Assembly: GCA_963845755.1 (NCBI GenBank)
Contig: CAWJTV010000041.1
Location: forward strand, 718,418-782,417
Reading direction: 5' to 3'
DNA: 64,000 bases
Source: an uncultured Planctomycetota bacterium
GTDB lineage: Bacteria > Planctomycetota > Planctomycetia > Isosphaerales > Isosphaeraceae
Both the position numbers and the translations under genes were made by a program. Each line of letters begins with the position of its first letter. Within the stretch, counting starts at the first letter, position 1. Of this stretch, positions 1 to 11,919 are shown piece by piece. The notes under the pieces are model-generated. The model had not been told where the DNA came from. It worked only from the letters and a program-made list of their open reading frames with translations, and made no database searches.

Positions 1-839
1 ACGATGCCTTCCGGGGTACCGCCGAATTTCGCGTCGATCGGGGGCTGGTCAACGGACTGGAATTGACCGAACTCCGTGCGCCGGCCGATTGGTCGTTCAC
101 CACCCAGGGATCCCGGCGAGGAACCCTCCGGATTCAGAAGGCGGCCGGGAAGCTCGCCGGGGGCCGTGTCGGCGGCGACGCCCAGATCGCGCTGGGCGAC
201 CGGCGTGACTTCCGCGCCAAGCTGTTCGTCGACGACGTCGACCTCCGCGTGATGAGCCGGGACGAGGTGGCGAACCGGTCGGTCCCGGGGCGGATCTCCG
301 GGTTCGCGACCGTTTACGGGACCGACCCGCTCCAGCCGGCCAGCTACCGCGGTGAGCTGGATTTCGACCTGGTCCAGGCCTCGCTGGTCGACATCCCGCT
401 CCTGGACGAGCTGGACCGCTCGCTCGGCTCGGCCCAGGGCGGGGTGTTCGACGAAGGGGACCTGCATGGCCTCATCGCCGACCAGCGGCTCCGCATCGAT
501 CGCCTGACCCTCATCGGCCCCTTGGCCCAGGTCCACGCCACCGGCTGGCTCGATTTCGACGGCCGGCTCAACCTGGAGGTCGTCGTCAATACCAACCGAG
601 GGATCCCCGCGGCCGGCCAGGCGTTCCTCGCGCAGGCCCCCAACGTCGCCGAGACCGTCGAGCGCCGGGCGGCGGCGATTGACCAGGTCGCTGATTTCCT
701 CTCCTCGCGATTGTTGATGTTCCGGATCACGGGGACCCTCCGCGATCCCGTCGCCAGCGTTGACCGCTCGATCAACGCCCGCGCCGCCATCGGTTTTTTC
801 CTCAGGGCCATGAGACTGTCGATGCAGTCGCGGAGATGA
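1..839 (+). CDS. AsmA-like C-terminal region protein (5' truncated by window)
   Basis: Open frame ending in a beta-rich segment and 'FRITGTLRDP', typical of AsmA-like C-termini; the start lies outside the window. Confidence 0.55.
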   Translation, partial: DAFRGTAEFRVDRGLVNGLELTELRAPADWSFTTQGSRRGTLRIQKAAGKLAGGRVGGDAQIALGDRRDFRAKLFVDDVDLRVMSRDEVANRSVPGRISGFATVYGTDPLQPASYRGELDFDLVQASLVDIPLLDELDRSLGSAQGGVFDEGDLHGLIADQRLRIDRLTLIGPLAQVHATGWLDFDGRLNLEVVVNTNRGIPAAGQAFLAQAPNVAETVERRAAAIDQVADFLSSRLLMFRITGTLRDPVASVDRSINARAAIGFFLRAMRLSMQSRR

Positions 840-942
840 GCAGGTCGCGCCGAAAGATTTTTCGAAAAGAATCAGGTCCGTGGACGTCACTCGCTGCATA
901 GTAGTGAGGACTGCATCGAAGATCACGGCGGGGCGCACGACC

Positions 943-2591
943 ATGGGAAAGGGACAATCCGGCGGCTCATTGCGGCAATTGCGAGCCCTGTTCGCGGCCG
1001 GCACGGCGACGGGGCTGTCCGACAGCGAGCTCCTCGAGCGGTACAGGGCCAAACGGGCCGAGTCGGCCGAGGCCGCGGCAGGGGCGGAAATCGCCTTCGC
1101 GGCCCTGATGGATCGCCACGGAGCGATGGTCTGGGGGGTCTGCCGGCGCGTGCTCGGCGATACGCACGAGGCGGAGGACGCCTTCCAGGCTACCTTCCTC
1201 GTCCTCGTGCGTAAGGCCGGATCGGTGCGGGTGGATGGGTCCCTCGGCCGATGGCTCTATGGGGTCGCCCACCGCGTCGCGCTTCGGGCGCGGTCCGAAT
1301 CTCGGCGCCGAGGGTCCGGGATCGGCCGCGTTCCGCCCACGTCGTCCGATGATCCCGCAGGCGACGCGGAACTCGGAGAGCTCCGCAACGTCGTCGGTGA
1401 GGAACTGGACCGGCTACCGGCGAAGTACCGATGCCCGGTCGAGCTCTGCCACCTCCAGGGGATGACTTATGACCAGGCGGCCCGGCAGCTCGACTGGCCG
1501 GTGGCGACCGTCAAGAGCCGACTGACCAAGGGCCGGCTCAGGTTACGGGCGAGGCTGGCACATCGCGGCCTCGCGCCCGGTACTGTCGTTGCCGGAATGG
1601 CTTCGGTACTCACCCGAGAAGCCCGGGCGGCCGTTCCCCAGCAACTCGTTCGATCCACGGCTCGTGTGGCAACGGCGTGCGCCCCCGGCGCGTTAACGGC
1701 GGCGGTCTTTGATCTTACCGAAGGAGTCCTGAAGATGATGATGTGGGAGAAGCTCAGGCTGGTCGCGGTCGGCACCCTCGTCGCCGTCGGCCTGACGGCC
1801 CAGGCCCTGTCGCAGCAGGCGCCGAAGGATGAGATTCGCGCAGCGCGGCCGCCCCAGGTCGTGGTGCAACCCGCCGAGAAACCGAACGACAAGCCGGCGG
1901 GCGATCGCCGATGGGTACGGAGCCTGTCGAGCGGAGCCCTCATCGAGATTGTCGGGGTTTCCTCCTTTCCCTCCGGACCCGATACCTGGTGGCGTCCCGA
2001 CGGGACGCCGTTACCGAAAGCGCCCTGTGACCCGGTCGAGCCGAGGATCTCGGGGGAGAACGCCGTCCGTGTTTTGGTTGTGGTGCGCGAGGCGCGCATT
2101 CCCGAGGGCGCCGACCATCAGTGGTCGATCACCGAGGCTCGGGGCGCAGCCTGGGGGCCCGCTCTGCGAGACGGCAAACCTTTACCCGATCTGACCGAGA
2201 TGACGGCCCTGCTCCCGACCGATGCAAGCACGTGCACGGTCCATTTCAAAGTCGCGGCCGGTCCCTGGAAGACGATCCAGAAATGGGGGAAGGGGGCGGG
2301 CGTATCGGCGGAATCGACGCGAGTTTCATCTTCGGTGACACAATCGCAACCAAGAAGGGGACGACCTTATCGGTCACTCATGACATCCTGGAAAAATCCT
2401 TGCGGCTCGTCGCGATCGACAGCCAGGGCGAGGAAGTCCCGGGGAAGACCCGGTCGGCCACCTCGGTGAAGGACTTCAGGCAGATCGTCGTCGAGTTCGA
2501 CCAGACCCCCGAGCAGATCAAGGAATTCCGGATCCAGACCCGGACCTATGAAGAGGTTGAGATTCCACGGATCGCTCTCAAACGCAAATAA
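943..2591 (+). CDS. ECF RNA polymerase sigma factor with long C-terminal extension (frameshift near 2290-2300)
   Basis: Region 2 'HEAEDAFQATFLVL...WLYGVA', region 4 'LPAKYRCPVELCHLQGMTYDQAARQL..TVKSRL', then a hydrophobic segment; continues in ORF 2121..2591 after a G-rich run. Confidence 0.85.
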
Positions 2592-2959
2592 ACCGCCCGG
2601 AAGCGAGGAATGCCATCTCGAGCACCTCACGGTTGCATTGCACACGGGAGGTAGGGTGCTTTGTGAGCACGGATCCCCACGTCAGGCCCGCGTTGGTACT
2701 CCCGGCGCGGCCCGGCCGCAACGGATCAAGACCGATTCACCAAGAAATCCGGATGAGCCAATCCCTTCACGACACAGGCGCAGAGATCACCCGGACGCTC
2801 CATGTTATCGCCGAGCGGTCAGGTGTCCGGCCCGACGAGATCGCAAGCGATTCAGCAGGCATCGCATCGCCCTCTCGAACGGATGCGACGAAGCCGTTAT
2901 GATTGAGAGGCGTGGAAGGTGGGACGAACCGACGTCGGAACCTTGAGAGCGCGCGATCG

Positions 2960-4327
2960 ATGCCGATTCAGTTTCAATGTGCCTGCGGCAAGAAGTTGCA
3001 AGCCGATGACGCGCTCGCGGGCCGGATGACGCGATGTCCGCAATGCCAGGCCGTTCTCAAGATCCCCAGGCCGGAAGTCGATCGGGAGTCCGCCGCGGAC
3101 GTGATTCCGCCGGCGCCGGCTCCCGAGCCGGGAGCCGGCGTGGGTCCCCCGGCGTTGTACGATCCCGAGCCGCCGGCCCGGCAGCCGATCTCACTCACGA
3201 TGACGGCCGTCCCGCCGATCGATGATCCCACGTCGAACACGGCAGCTTCCGGGCCGGCTCTGCCGGCCTCGGGATCGTTCCGCGAGTATGCGTACCTGCT
3301 TCTTGGGCTGGCGCTGATCCCGCTATTCTTTTCGCTGCTCGGCGAGGACGACTCCCAGACGACGATCGTGCAACGCATTGATGCGACGCTCAAAGAGGCG
3401 ACGCCGGAACAGCGCCAGCGCGTCCAGCCGATCCTCACGAAGGAGGACGGTGTGAGCCTGGACGATCTGCTCCGGGCGATGCCCGAGGGGAAGCTCCTGG
3501 GCGCCCACCTGCCCCGCGACTCGGCGATGCACTGGATGTATGCCGCGGTCACCGCCGCCGGCTTCCTGATCCTGACCCTCGCGTTCTTCTCCGTCGAGCG
3601 GGCCAACCCGCTCCACCTGCTGGGCATCGGCCTGTTCACGGGCACCGTGGGCATCGTCTTCCTGATCCTGGTCCAATTCTGCTCGCAGTTCCGCGTCGGC
3701 CGGATCTATGGCCGAGGCTGGGTGGCCCTGATCATGCTGATCCTGATGTTCATCGGATGGTCGTACCACTCGGCGCTCGATCCGAAAAGCAATCTGGTCT
3801 GGAGCGCGATCGGGTTCACCTTCGGGGTCGGCCTTTGCGAGGAGCTGACCAAGGCGATTCCGCTGTTCTTCTACCTCCAGCGCGACGCGGCCATGGGCTG
3901 GCGCGGGGCGTGCCTCTGGGGACTGGCTTCCGGCGTCGGCTTCGGGGTCTCCGAGGGGATCATGTACTCGGGCGACCACTACAACGGGATCAGCGGCGGC
4001 GAGATCTACATCGTCCGATTCGTCTCGTGCGTGGCCCTGCATGCGATGTGGGCCGCATCGGTCGGGATCGCGATCGCGCGGCACATCGATGAGTATGAGA
4101 GCGTGTCCGACAAGGGCCAGTTCGCCCTGTTCATGCTGCGCATGCTGGCGGTGCCGATGGTGCTCCACGGACTGTATGACACGCTGCTCAAGAAGGACAT
4201 GAACGTGTGGGCCCTGGTTGTCGCGGTCATCTCGTTCGGCTGGCTGGCGATGCAGATCGAGATGGCTCGGGCCACGCAGCCGGGTGCGGGAGTCGTCGGA
4301 AAACGGAAGCGGCGGCTGGCCTATTGA
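2960..4327 (+). CDS. PrsW-family intramembrane metalloprotease with N-terminal zinc ribbon
   Basis: CxC...CPxC N-terminus; 'GLCEELTK', 'GVGFGVSEG', 'LHAMW' and 'LHGLYD' PrsW motifs; multiple TM segments. Confidence 0.85.
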   Translation: MPIQFQCACGKKLQADDALAGRMTRCPQCQAVLKIPRPEVDRESAADVIPPAPAPEPGAGVGPPALYDPEPPARQPISLTMTAVPPIDDPTSNTAASGPALPASGSFREYAYLLLGLALIPLFFSLLGEDDSQTTIVQRIDATLKEATPEQRQRVQPILTKEDGVSLDDLLRAMPEGKLLGAHLPRDSAMHWMYAAVTAAGFLILTLAFFSVERANPLHLLGIGLFTGTVGIVFLILVQFCSQFRVGRIYGRGWVALIMLILMFIGWSYHSALDPKSNLVWSAIGFTFGVGLCEELTKAIPLFFYLQRDAAMGWRGACLWGLASGVGFGVSEGIMYSGDHYNGISGGEIYIVRFVSCVALHAMWAASVGIAIARHIDEYESVSDKGQFALFMLRMLAVPMVLHGLYDTLLKKDMNVWALVVAVISFGWLAMQIEMARATQPGAGVVGKRKRRLAY

Positions 4328-4387
4328 GGTCGAGGAATCCATCCCGCACGGCTCGTCGAGATTCTCTTCCAGGGAGCCATCCAGGTC

Positions 4388-5066
4388 ATGTCACTCGATA
4401 TCCTCATCATCTACGGGTCAGTCCGCCGCGATCGCCAGGGGATCCGCGGCGCGGTTCATCCTCGAGACCTGCCGGGCGCGGGGCCATCACGCGACGCTGG
4501 TCGACCCCGTCGAGGAGCGTCTTCCGCTCCTGGACCGGATGTACAAGGAATACGCGGCCGGTGCGGCTCCCGAGGCACTCGAGCGCCTGGCAGGCCGGAT
4601 CAAGGCCGCCGACGCCTTCATCATCGTCTCGGGCGAGTACAACCACAGCATCCCGCCGGCGCTCTCGAACCTCCTCGACCACTTCCTGGAAGAGTACTTC
4701 TGGCGGCCCTCCGCGATCGTCTGCTATTCGGCCGGCGCATTCGGCGGCGTGAGGGCGGCGATGCAGTTGCGGGCGATGCTCTGCGAGCTGGGGACCCCGA
4801 GCATTCCCTCCTTGCTCCCGGTCCCGCGCGTGCAAGACGCCTTCGACGACGAGGGCCGTCCTCTCGACGAATCCTACCCTAAGCGCGCCGGCCGGTTCCT
4901 GGACGAGCTGGAATGGTATGCCAATGCCCTGAAGGCCGCGCGCAGGCCGGCGTGCCGTATTGAGAGGATTTACGAGGTGGCTCCGCCGCGGCGTGTCGCC
5001 GGACGCCGGCTCGCAGGGGGACGGATTCCGTCGCCGACTCGGCCTCGGCACCCGCGATCGCTTTGA
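4388..5066 (+). CDS. NADPH-dependent FMN reductase (frameshift near 4450; 3' end uncertain)
   Basis: 'ILIIYGSVRRDRQG' followed in another frame by 'ADAFIIVSGEYNHSIPPALSNLLD...YSAGAFGGVRA'. Confidence 0.85.
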
Positions 5067-5288
5067 CGCAGGGGGTGCCGACCGACCAGGATGATCCAAC
5101 CGCCCGCTCGCGGCGGCTCCGGCGGCACGATAGAATCGACGTTCGGCATGAGGGGAGCGCGTGGATGACCTGGCCTCGCCGGTCTGTCCAGTCCCGCCTC
5201 GGGAAGAATCCATGGCGTCTGGTCTCTTGTCGCCACCAACCGACTCCGGTGCGGATCGGAACCTCGATTCGAATCGAAAGGGAATACC

Positions 5289-7027
5289 GTGTTGCAGACG
5301 AGACGGAAACCCATTCGACGAAGGGACTCGGCCCTGGTCGTCCTCGTGGTCCTGGTCCTGAACCTGACCGCCTGGCTCGCCGCTCCCGCGTTCGGGTCCG
5401 ACCCCTGGGTCGTCTACAAGGGCTCGGACGGGCCGGGCAAGGGGAAGCAGGTCGTCCTGGTCAGCGGCGACGAGGAGTATCGCTCCGAGGAGGCCCTGCC
5501 GCAACTGGCCAAGATCCTCGCCACGCGACACGGATTCACGTGCACGGTGCTCTTCGCCATCGGCAAGGACGGAACGATCGACCCGAACCAGGGCGACAAC
5601 ATCCCCGGCCTCGAGGCACTTCGCTCGGCCGACCTGATGATTATTGCCACAAGGTTCCGCGACCTGCCCGACGACCAGATGAAGGACATGGTCGCCTACA
5701 TCGAATCGGGCCGCCCGATCATCGGCATGCGGACCGCGACCCACGCCTTCAACCTCAAGAGCAAGACCTATGCGGATTACTCGTGGAACAGCAAGGCGTG
5801 GGTCGGCGGGTTTGGCCGTCAGGTGCTGGGTGAGACGTGGGTGAATCATCACGGGCACCACGGCAAGGAGAGCACGCGCGGGATGATCGCGCCCGGAGCG
5901 AAGGATCATCCAATCCTCCGCGGGATCCAGGACGGCGACATCTGGGGGCCGACCGACGTCTATGAAGCCCATCCGCCCGCCGACTGCAAGCCGCTGGTCC
6001 TCGGCCAGGTGCTCAAGGGGATGAAGCCGGCCGACGAGCCGGTCGCGGGCAAGAAGAACGATCCGATGATGCCCGTCGCCTGGGTGAAGACCTACACGGG
6101 TAAGTCCGGGAAATCCGCGCACATCTTCACCACCACCATGGGGGCCGCGACCGACCTCGAGAGCGAGGGCACGCGCCGGCTGCTGGTCAACGCCATCTAC
6201 TGGGCCGTCGGGCTCGAGGACAAGATCCCCGCGCGGACCGACGTGACTCTCGTCGGCGAGTATCACCCCCTGCCCTTCGGCTTCAACGGGGCCAAGAAGG
6301 GTGTCAAGCCCGAGCATCACCTCGTTCCGAGTGCCGCCCCGCAGGCGGCCGACAGTTCCAGCGCGACGTCCGACCTGGTGTTGCCGAAAGCTTTCCTGAA
6401 CGGGACCGGGCCGGGCTGGAAGGCGCTCGGTCAGGACGACTTCGCGCGGGTCAACTGCGACCCCGAGACCTGGACGTGGAGGGACGGCGTGATCCACTGC
6501 ACGGGACACCCGGTCGGCGTGCTCCGCACCAGCAAGCCGGTGACCAACTTCGAGCTGGTCGCCGAGTGGAAACACCTCGAATCGGGCGGGAATTCGGGGA
6601 TCTTCGTGTGGGCTCCGGAGAAGGCGCATCGAGGGCATCAAGCCGAACTCGTTGCCGCGCGGCGGTATCGAGGTGCAGATCCTCGACCACGGCTACAAGG
6701 ACCGCTACGAGAAACGCTCCGGCAAGAAGGCGACCTGGTTCACGACCAACGGCGATGTCTTCGCAGTGGGAACGTCGAAGATGGCCCCGTTCCCGCCCGT
6801 GTCACCCGACGGCAGCCGCAGCTTCCCCCGGAAGAACCTGAGCAAGGGCATCGGCGAGTGGAACCACTATTATGTACGCGGCATCAACGGCGAGGTCCGG
6901 CTCTGGGTCAACGGCGAGGAAGTCTCGGGCGGCAGCGGCTGCGAGCCGCGCACGGGGTATCTCTGCCTCGAGTCCGAGGGCGCCGCCGGTCGAGTTCCGG
7001 AACATCCGGATCCGCGAGCTGCCGTAG
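5289..7027 (+). CDS. Secreted ThuA-like + DUF1080 (3-keto-disaccharide hydrolase-like) fusion, frameshifted
   Basis: Signal peptide; '[14 protein letters not shown]' ThuA-like domain; '[16 protein letters not shown]', 'EVQILD', 'GEWNHY' and 'GYLCLESEG' DUF1080 motifs across frames. Confidence 0.75.
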
Positions 7028-7035
7028 GCCATCAC

Positions 7036-7125
7036 GATTCCCGATTCCGGATTCGAGATTCCGGTATCCGGATCCCGGATCCGGATCCCAGAACGGTGAT
7101 AATCCGGAATCTCGAATCCGGAATC
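7036..7125. repeat. Intergenic heptamer tandem repeat (GATTCCG-like) with inverted partner
   Basis: gattccc-gattccg-gattcga-gattccg-gtatccg-gatcccg... followed by tccggaatctcgaatccggaatc. Confidence 0.75.
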
Positions 7126-7143
7126 CGCCCGAGGAGCGATCTG

Positions 7144-8209
7144 ATGTCGATGCCTTCCGATGACCTGGGTCGAACGCCGGTGGGTCTGGATCCCGTCCCT
7201 GGGCGGCCGGACGCCGCCAGGCAGTTGCCGCCATTGCCCGATCACGACCTGGCGCTGAACCTGGTGCGGACCACGGAAGCGGCCGCGCTGGGCGCGGCGC
7301 GATGGGTGGGCCGGGGTGACAAGAACGCGGCCGACCAGGGGGCCGTCAACGCCATGCGGTTGTTCTTCAACGCCGTGCCCATGGACGGCGTGGTCGTCAT
7401 CGGCGAGGGAGAGAAGGACGAGGCGCCGAATGCTCTTCAACGGCGAGCGGATCGGCACGGGCAGCCCGCCGGAGGTGGACGTCGCCGTCGACCCGATCGA
7501 CGGCACGCGCCTGGTGGCCCAGGGCCAGGCGAATGCCCTGTCGGTCGTCGCCGTCTCGGAGCGCGGCTCGATGTTCGATCCCGGTCCGTGCGTGTACATG
7601 GAGAAGATCGTCACCGGCCGCGAGGCCGCGACGGCGATCGACATCACGGCCCCGATCGAGACGAACATCAAGAACGTGGCCAAGGCCAAGCGGATGTCGG
7701 TCAGCGACGTGACCATGATGATCCTCGACCGGCCCCGACACGAGGAGGTTGTGGACCGCGTTCGGAAGATGGGGGCGCGCGTCTATCTCCTGACCGACGG
7801 CGACGTCGCCGGTGCCATCACGGCCGCCCGCCGCGGCACGGGCGTGGATCTGCTCTACGGGATCGGCGGCACGCCCGAGGGGGTCGTCGCCGCCGCCGCG
7901 GTCAAGTGCCTCGGCGGAGTCATCCAGGGCCGGCTCTATCCCCGCGACGACGACGAGCGCACAGGCCGCCATCGCGGCCGGCTACGACCTCGACCGCGTC
8001 CTGACCGAGGACGACCTGGTCAAGGGAGACGACATCTTCTTCGCCTGCACGGGGATCACCGACGGGGCCCTGGTCCAGGGTGTCCGGTTCTTCACCGATG
8101 GGGCCACCACCGAGTCGATCGTGATGCGCGGCAGCACGGGGACCATCCGCGTCATCCGCGGCGAGCACCGCGTCGGAAAGCTCAAGCAGATCTATGGCGA
8201 GGAGCCGTG
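7144..8209 (+). CDS. glpX: Class II fructose-1,6-bisphosphatase (two frameshifts)
   Basis: '[25 protein letters not shown]', '[11 protein letters not shown]', '[10 protein letters not shown]', 'LTDGDVAG', 'GIGGTPEGV', 'FACTGITDG'. Confidence 0.92.
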
Positions 8210-8256
8210 AGCCGCACCTCCTCGACAGCCGGACGTCCCTAGACAAGACTGATGAC

Positions 8257-8430
8257 ATGAAAACGCCCCGCAGACCGCCGTTGCAAAGATTCCTGCACTT
8301 CAGCCTGCGCTCGCTCCTCGTCATGATCCTCGCGGCCGGCCTTGGCGTGGGATGGCCTGTCCGTGGCGCACGGATTCAAATCTTCCTCCGCAGGATCTCT
8401 GCGTCTTCGGCGCATCTGAGAGATCCTTGA
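8257..8430 (+). pseudogene. Truncated N-terminus of a planctomycete 'FSLRSLL' membrane-anchored protein
   Basis: MKTPRRPPLQRFLHFSLRSLLVMILAAGLGVGW...ARIQ, then the frame degenerates into a repeat. Confidence 0.4.
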
Positions 8431-8490
8431 TTCCGAATTCCCGAATCCCGATTCCGAATTCCCGAATCCTTCTTCATCCGGAATCTTGAA
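8429..8490. repeat. Heptamer tandem repeat (GA[T/A]TCC[G/C])
   Basis: gattccgaattcccgaatcccgattccgaattcccgaatcc; same family as 7036-7125. Confidence 0.7.
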
Positions 8491-8528
8491 TATTGAACCT
8501 CGGCTGGGTCGCGGCGTCGCTTCTGGCC

Positions 8529-9806
8529 TCACCAGATCGTCATGGAATCCAGGAAGAGTTGCTTCAGCTCCGCTTCACTCGCGGGCCGGGGTGAGAGCTT
8601 GGTCACGCGGTGTTGCACGATCGTGCCGGCGACCAGAGCATCGGCATCCTCGGCGCGTACCCCACGGCCTTCAGCCCATTGGGCATACCGGTTTGCCGCA
8701 TGATGGCGATGATCGCGCCGGCCAGGATCTCGCCCGCGTCTTCCGGGCGCACTCCGGCAACGTCCGCCCCCAATAGCCGGGCGGCCTCCAGGTGCCGATC
8801 GGGATCGGCCTGCGCGGTGAAGCGGAAGACCGCGGGGGAATTCAGGATCACCGACATCCCATGCGGAATCAGCGGCCGACGGGTGCGGTACCCTGCCGGG
8901 ATAAAGTCCCGGACCATCCCCGAGACCGGGTAGGACATGCCGTGGGGCAGGTGCACGCCCGCGTTGCCGAATCCGATGCCCGCGAAGGTCGCCGCCAGGA
9001 GCATCGCGCCGCGTGCCTCGTCATCCGACGGATCCGTCGTCGTCCGGACCAGATACGCGCGCGACCATCTCGATCGCCCGCCTGGCCCAGATGTCGCTGA
9101 TCGGGTTGGACCCCTGATATGCCGGCCGATGGGCGGGGCTCTCCGGGGCGGGCCGCTGGGAAAACGGCAAGGCGGTCAGAGATTCGACGGCATGGCTCAG
9201 GACGTCCAGTCCCGCGCACGCGGCGACCTGCGGGGGCACGCCGCGGGTATTGTTCGGATCGACCACTCCCAGCACCGGCCGCAGGGCACGGTGAGCGATG
9301 CCCGTCTTGGCGTGCAGCGGGGTATAATCGAAGATGGCCACGCCGGTCGTCTCGCTTCCCGTCCCCCCCGTGGTGGGGACCGCGATGAGCGGTTTCAGTG
9401 CCCCCGGGACGGGCCTCCCCTTCCCCACCGGGGGATTGACATAGTCCAGCAGCTCCGCAGGATGGGTCGCGTACAGGTCGGCGGCCTTGGCCGTATCGAT
9501 GCTGGAGCCGCCGCCGACGGCCACATAGCCGTCGAAACCGCCTTCGACCGCGAAGGCGATCGCTTCCTGAAACGAGCGGTCAGTGGGCTCGACCTCAACC
9601 CGATCGAACAGTACCGCATCGATCCCCGCCTCCCGCAGCGCATCGAGCACCAGCGAGACGGGCTCGGTTCCGGCCAGGTTCGGGTCGGTCACGACCATGA
9701 CCCGCCGCGCCCCCCACCGACCCACGTCGTGCCCGATCTCGCGGGTAACGCCGGGGCCGTATTTGATGCTGGAGGTGTCCATCGTAAAGGCGGATTCCCT
9801 GCGCAT
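8529..9806 (-). CDS. Hydroxyacid-oxoacid transhydrogenase (iron-containing alcohol dehydrogenase family), frameshifted
   Basis: 'VAVGGGSSIDTAKA', 'VPTTGGTGSETTG', 'RPAYQGSNPISD', 'GFGNAGVHLPHGMSYPVSG', 'IPHGMSV'. Confidence 0.9.
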
Positions 9807-10280
9807 CGGCGAGACCTCCAATGAGTGGGCTCCGTTCGGGGCGTGGAAGGCCCGACGGGCACATCTCCTCGGCTTCGAAACCCGTTGCGAATCGACCCAG
9901 GATCACCATACCCCGAACGACGGTCCGATGCCATGGGCGTCCTACCACCGGAGCGACCGCTCGTCAATCGCCTCCCGGATTGCCGCCTGAAGAAGTCTTC
10001 GTCGGTTGAAGCCGACATATCTCGAGCTAAACACCAGCGACTCGCGCTGCGCGCAGCCGTCGGCATCGTGCCGGACCTTCCGTTCGGGGATCCGACGCGG
10101 ATGCGAGTTTCCCGGCGAATCCGGTGAGCCTCACCTCGATGAATCGAAACTCGACCCACCCTACGACTACGCCCGTCCGGCGACCTTGCCGTAGACCCTT
10201 CGAGTCGCTTCGTAGCACGGGTTGTATTCGACTTCCAGCGCACCCGCTGTCTGCAAAGGTGGAGTCGCGCTGATCTCCGA

Positions 10281-11780
10281 TCAACGTGGCGTCGGGACCG
10301 CTTCGATATGGCCCTGCGAGGTCGGAGTCGCGGGCGAGCTCAGGCCATCCATCAGGAGCATCCCACCGATCTCGACCTCCGCCTTTCGGAGTTCCAGCAG
10401 CGATTCGATGTAATCCTCGCTGAGATCGAAATACATGCGCCGGGCCTCCAGCACGCGGGGCCACTCCGTCCGACGCTGGTGGTAGCTGGCCACGCGCATC
10501 TCGTAGGCCCGTCTCGCCATGGGAAGGCTCTCGGCGCGGAAGTCTCCGACCGACTGCGCGGCGTTTTGATAGCGAGTAAAGACCTCGGCCAGCCGCTGGC
10601 GCAGTAATAGCCGGATCCGTTCATACTCGGCATGATCGCGCGACAGGTCGGACATCGCCTCGCGGATCGTCCCTTGGTTCCGGTTGAAGAGGGGCAGCGT
10701 GAAGCCGATCTGCACGCCCGCGGTCTGGACGCCGAACTCGTAGTTGTAACCGGTCACGCCTTGCACGAGGATATTCGGGATAGGCTCGACCCGTTCGCGT
10801 CGCACCATGATCTGATCGCGACGGATCTCCGACAGGGCCGCCTGGATCTCGGGGCTGCGGTGGAGCAGATCGGCCAGAGTCCCGTCGAAATCGAGCGGGC
10901 CGATCTCGGCCTCCAGCGGCCGAGGATCCAGCGCCGTCGGCCTCAACTCCGGCGCGCCGGCCACGGAGACCAGTTCTTCCCAGTCGCCCCGGTAGCGGTT
11001 CTCCGCATTGCGCACGGCCACGCCCTCGCGACGCTCGCGGACCCGCGCCTCGAGGAGATCCGGCTGGTTAGCCTGGCCGGCGTTCACCATTTCCCGCGTG
11101 GTCCGGACCAGGTCCTCGTCCAGTCGGAACATCTCGCGGTGGATCCCGATGATCCGCTGTGCGGCGAGGACTTCGAAGAACTGGATGCGGACGTTGTTGA
11201 GGACGCGCATCTCCTGCCCGATGGCCTGCCACCGCGCCGCATTGGCCTCCTCGGCAAACTTGGCGCGGCTGAGGCGGAGCTTGCCCGCGGTCACGATCTG
11301 CCACTGGATGAACGGGCCGATATTGTCGCCCGGCGAGGGTTTCCCCTTGACGGCGAATCCGTTGGCGGTGGGCCGGCTCTCCGTGAACGATCCGATCTGA
11401 TCCTGCGTGTATCCGATGACCGGATTCGGATAGAGGCCCGCCTGCAACGACCGGTTCATCGTGGCTTCGAACTGGGCCATGGCCTGCTTCAAGGTCGGAT
11501 TCCGCTGCATCGCGATCTGCTCGAAATCGGCCAGGCTCATCGCCGGCACGACCGCCGCGGGAGCGGGTGTGGAAGCGGAGGCTGCGGGGTGAGCATTCAT
11601 CGCCGGCGATCGCGAGGGCATCGGCGAGCCCGGCATGGGTTGGCTCATCATGCCGGCCGGCATCCCCGATCGAGCCGCTTCAGCGTGCCCACCCATCTCC
11701 TGCCCGCGGGCCGTGGTCGACATGATGGCTGGTATCAGCCATGGCCAGAGGATTCGAAGGCAACATCTCAACCTGAGCAT
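10281..11780 (-). CDS. TolC-family outer-membrane protein with Met-rich N-terminal linker
   Basis: Signal peptide, Met/Pro-rich segment, 'QAGLYPNP', 'TAGKLRL', 'LPLFNRNQG'. Confidence 0.85.
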   Translation of the reverse strand: MLRLRCCLRILWPWLIPAIMSTTARGQEMGGHAEAARSGMPAGMMSQPMPGSPMPSRSPAMNAHPAASASTPAPAAVVPAMSLADFEQIAMQRNPTLKQAMAQFEATMNRSLQAGLYPNPVIGYTQDQIGSFTESRPTANGFAVKGKPSPGDNIGPFIQWQIVTAGKLRLSRAKFAEEANAARWQAIGQEMRVLNNVRIQFFEVLAAQRIIGIHREMFRLDEDLVRTTREMVNAGQANQPDLLEARVRERREGVAVRNAENRYRGDWEELVSVAGAPELRPTALDPRPLEAEIGPLDFDGTLADLLHRSPEIQAALSEIRRDQIMVRRERVEPIPNILVQGVTGYNYEFGVQTAGVQIGFTLPLFNRNQGTIREAMSDLSRDHAEYERIRLLLRQRLAEVFTRYQNAAQSVGDFRAESLPMARRAYEMRVASYHQRRTEWPRVLEARRMYFDLSEDYIESLLELRKAEVEIGGMLLMDGLSSPATPTSQGHIEAVPTPR

Positions 11781-11919
11781 GGTCGGCTCCTGGACCGGCT
11801 CGCTTCCTCCACGCCGGCAGACCTCCGATGTTATCGACCGCGCGGCAATCTCCCCTTTTTCCTTTTTTGCGGGAATTGCCCGGCCTCCGATCTCGACCGA
11901 TTTCGCCGATTTGTCGATT

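Noticed and set aside
2633..2902. Small ORF between the ECF sigma and PrsW genes
   Set aside because: No motif, and it overlaps a degenerate REP-like sequence; cannot be supported.
4407..6641. Long antisense ORFs (also 58265-60544, 37987-39423 and the N-terminal part of 11635-14235)
   Set aside because: Shadow frames of real genes in high-GC DNA, with no recognisable motifs.
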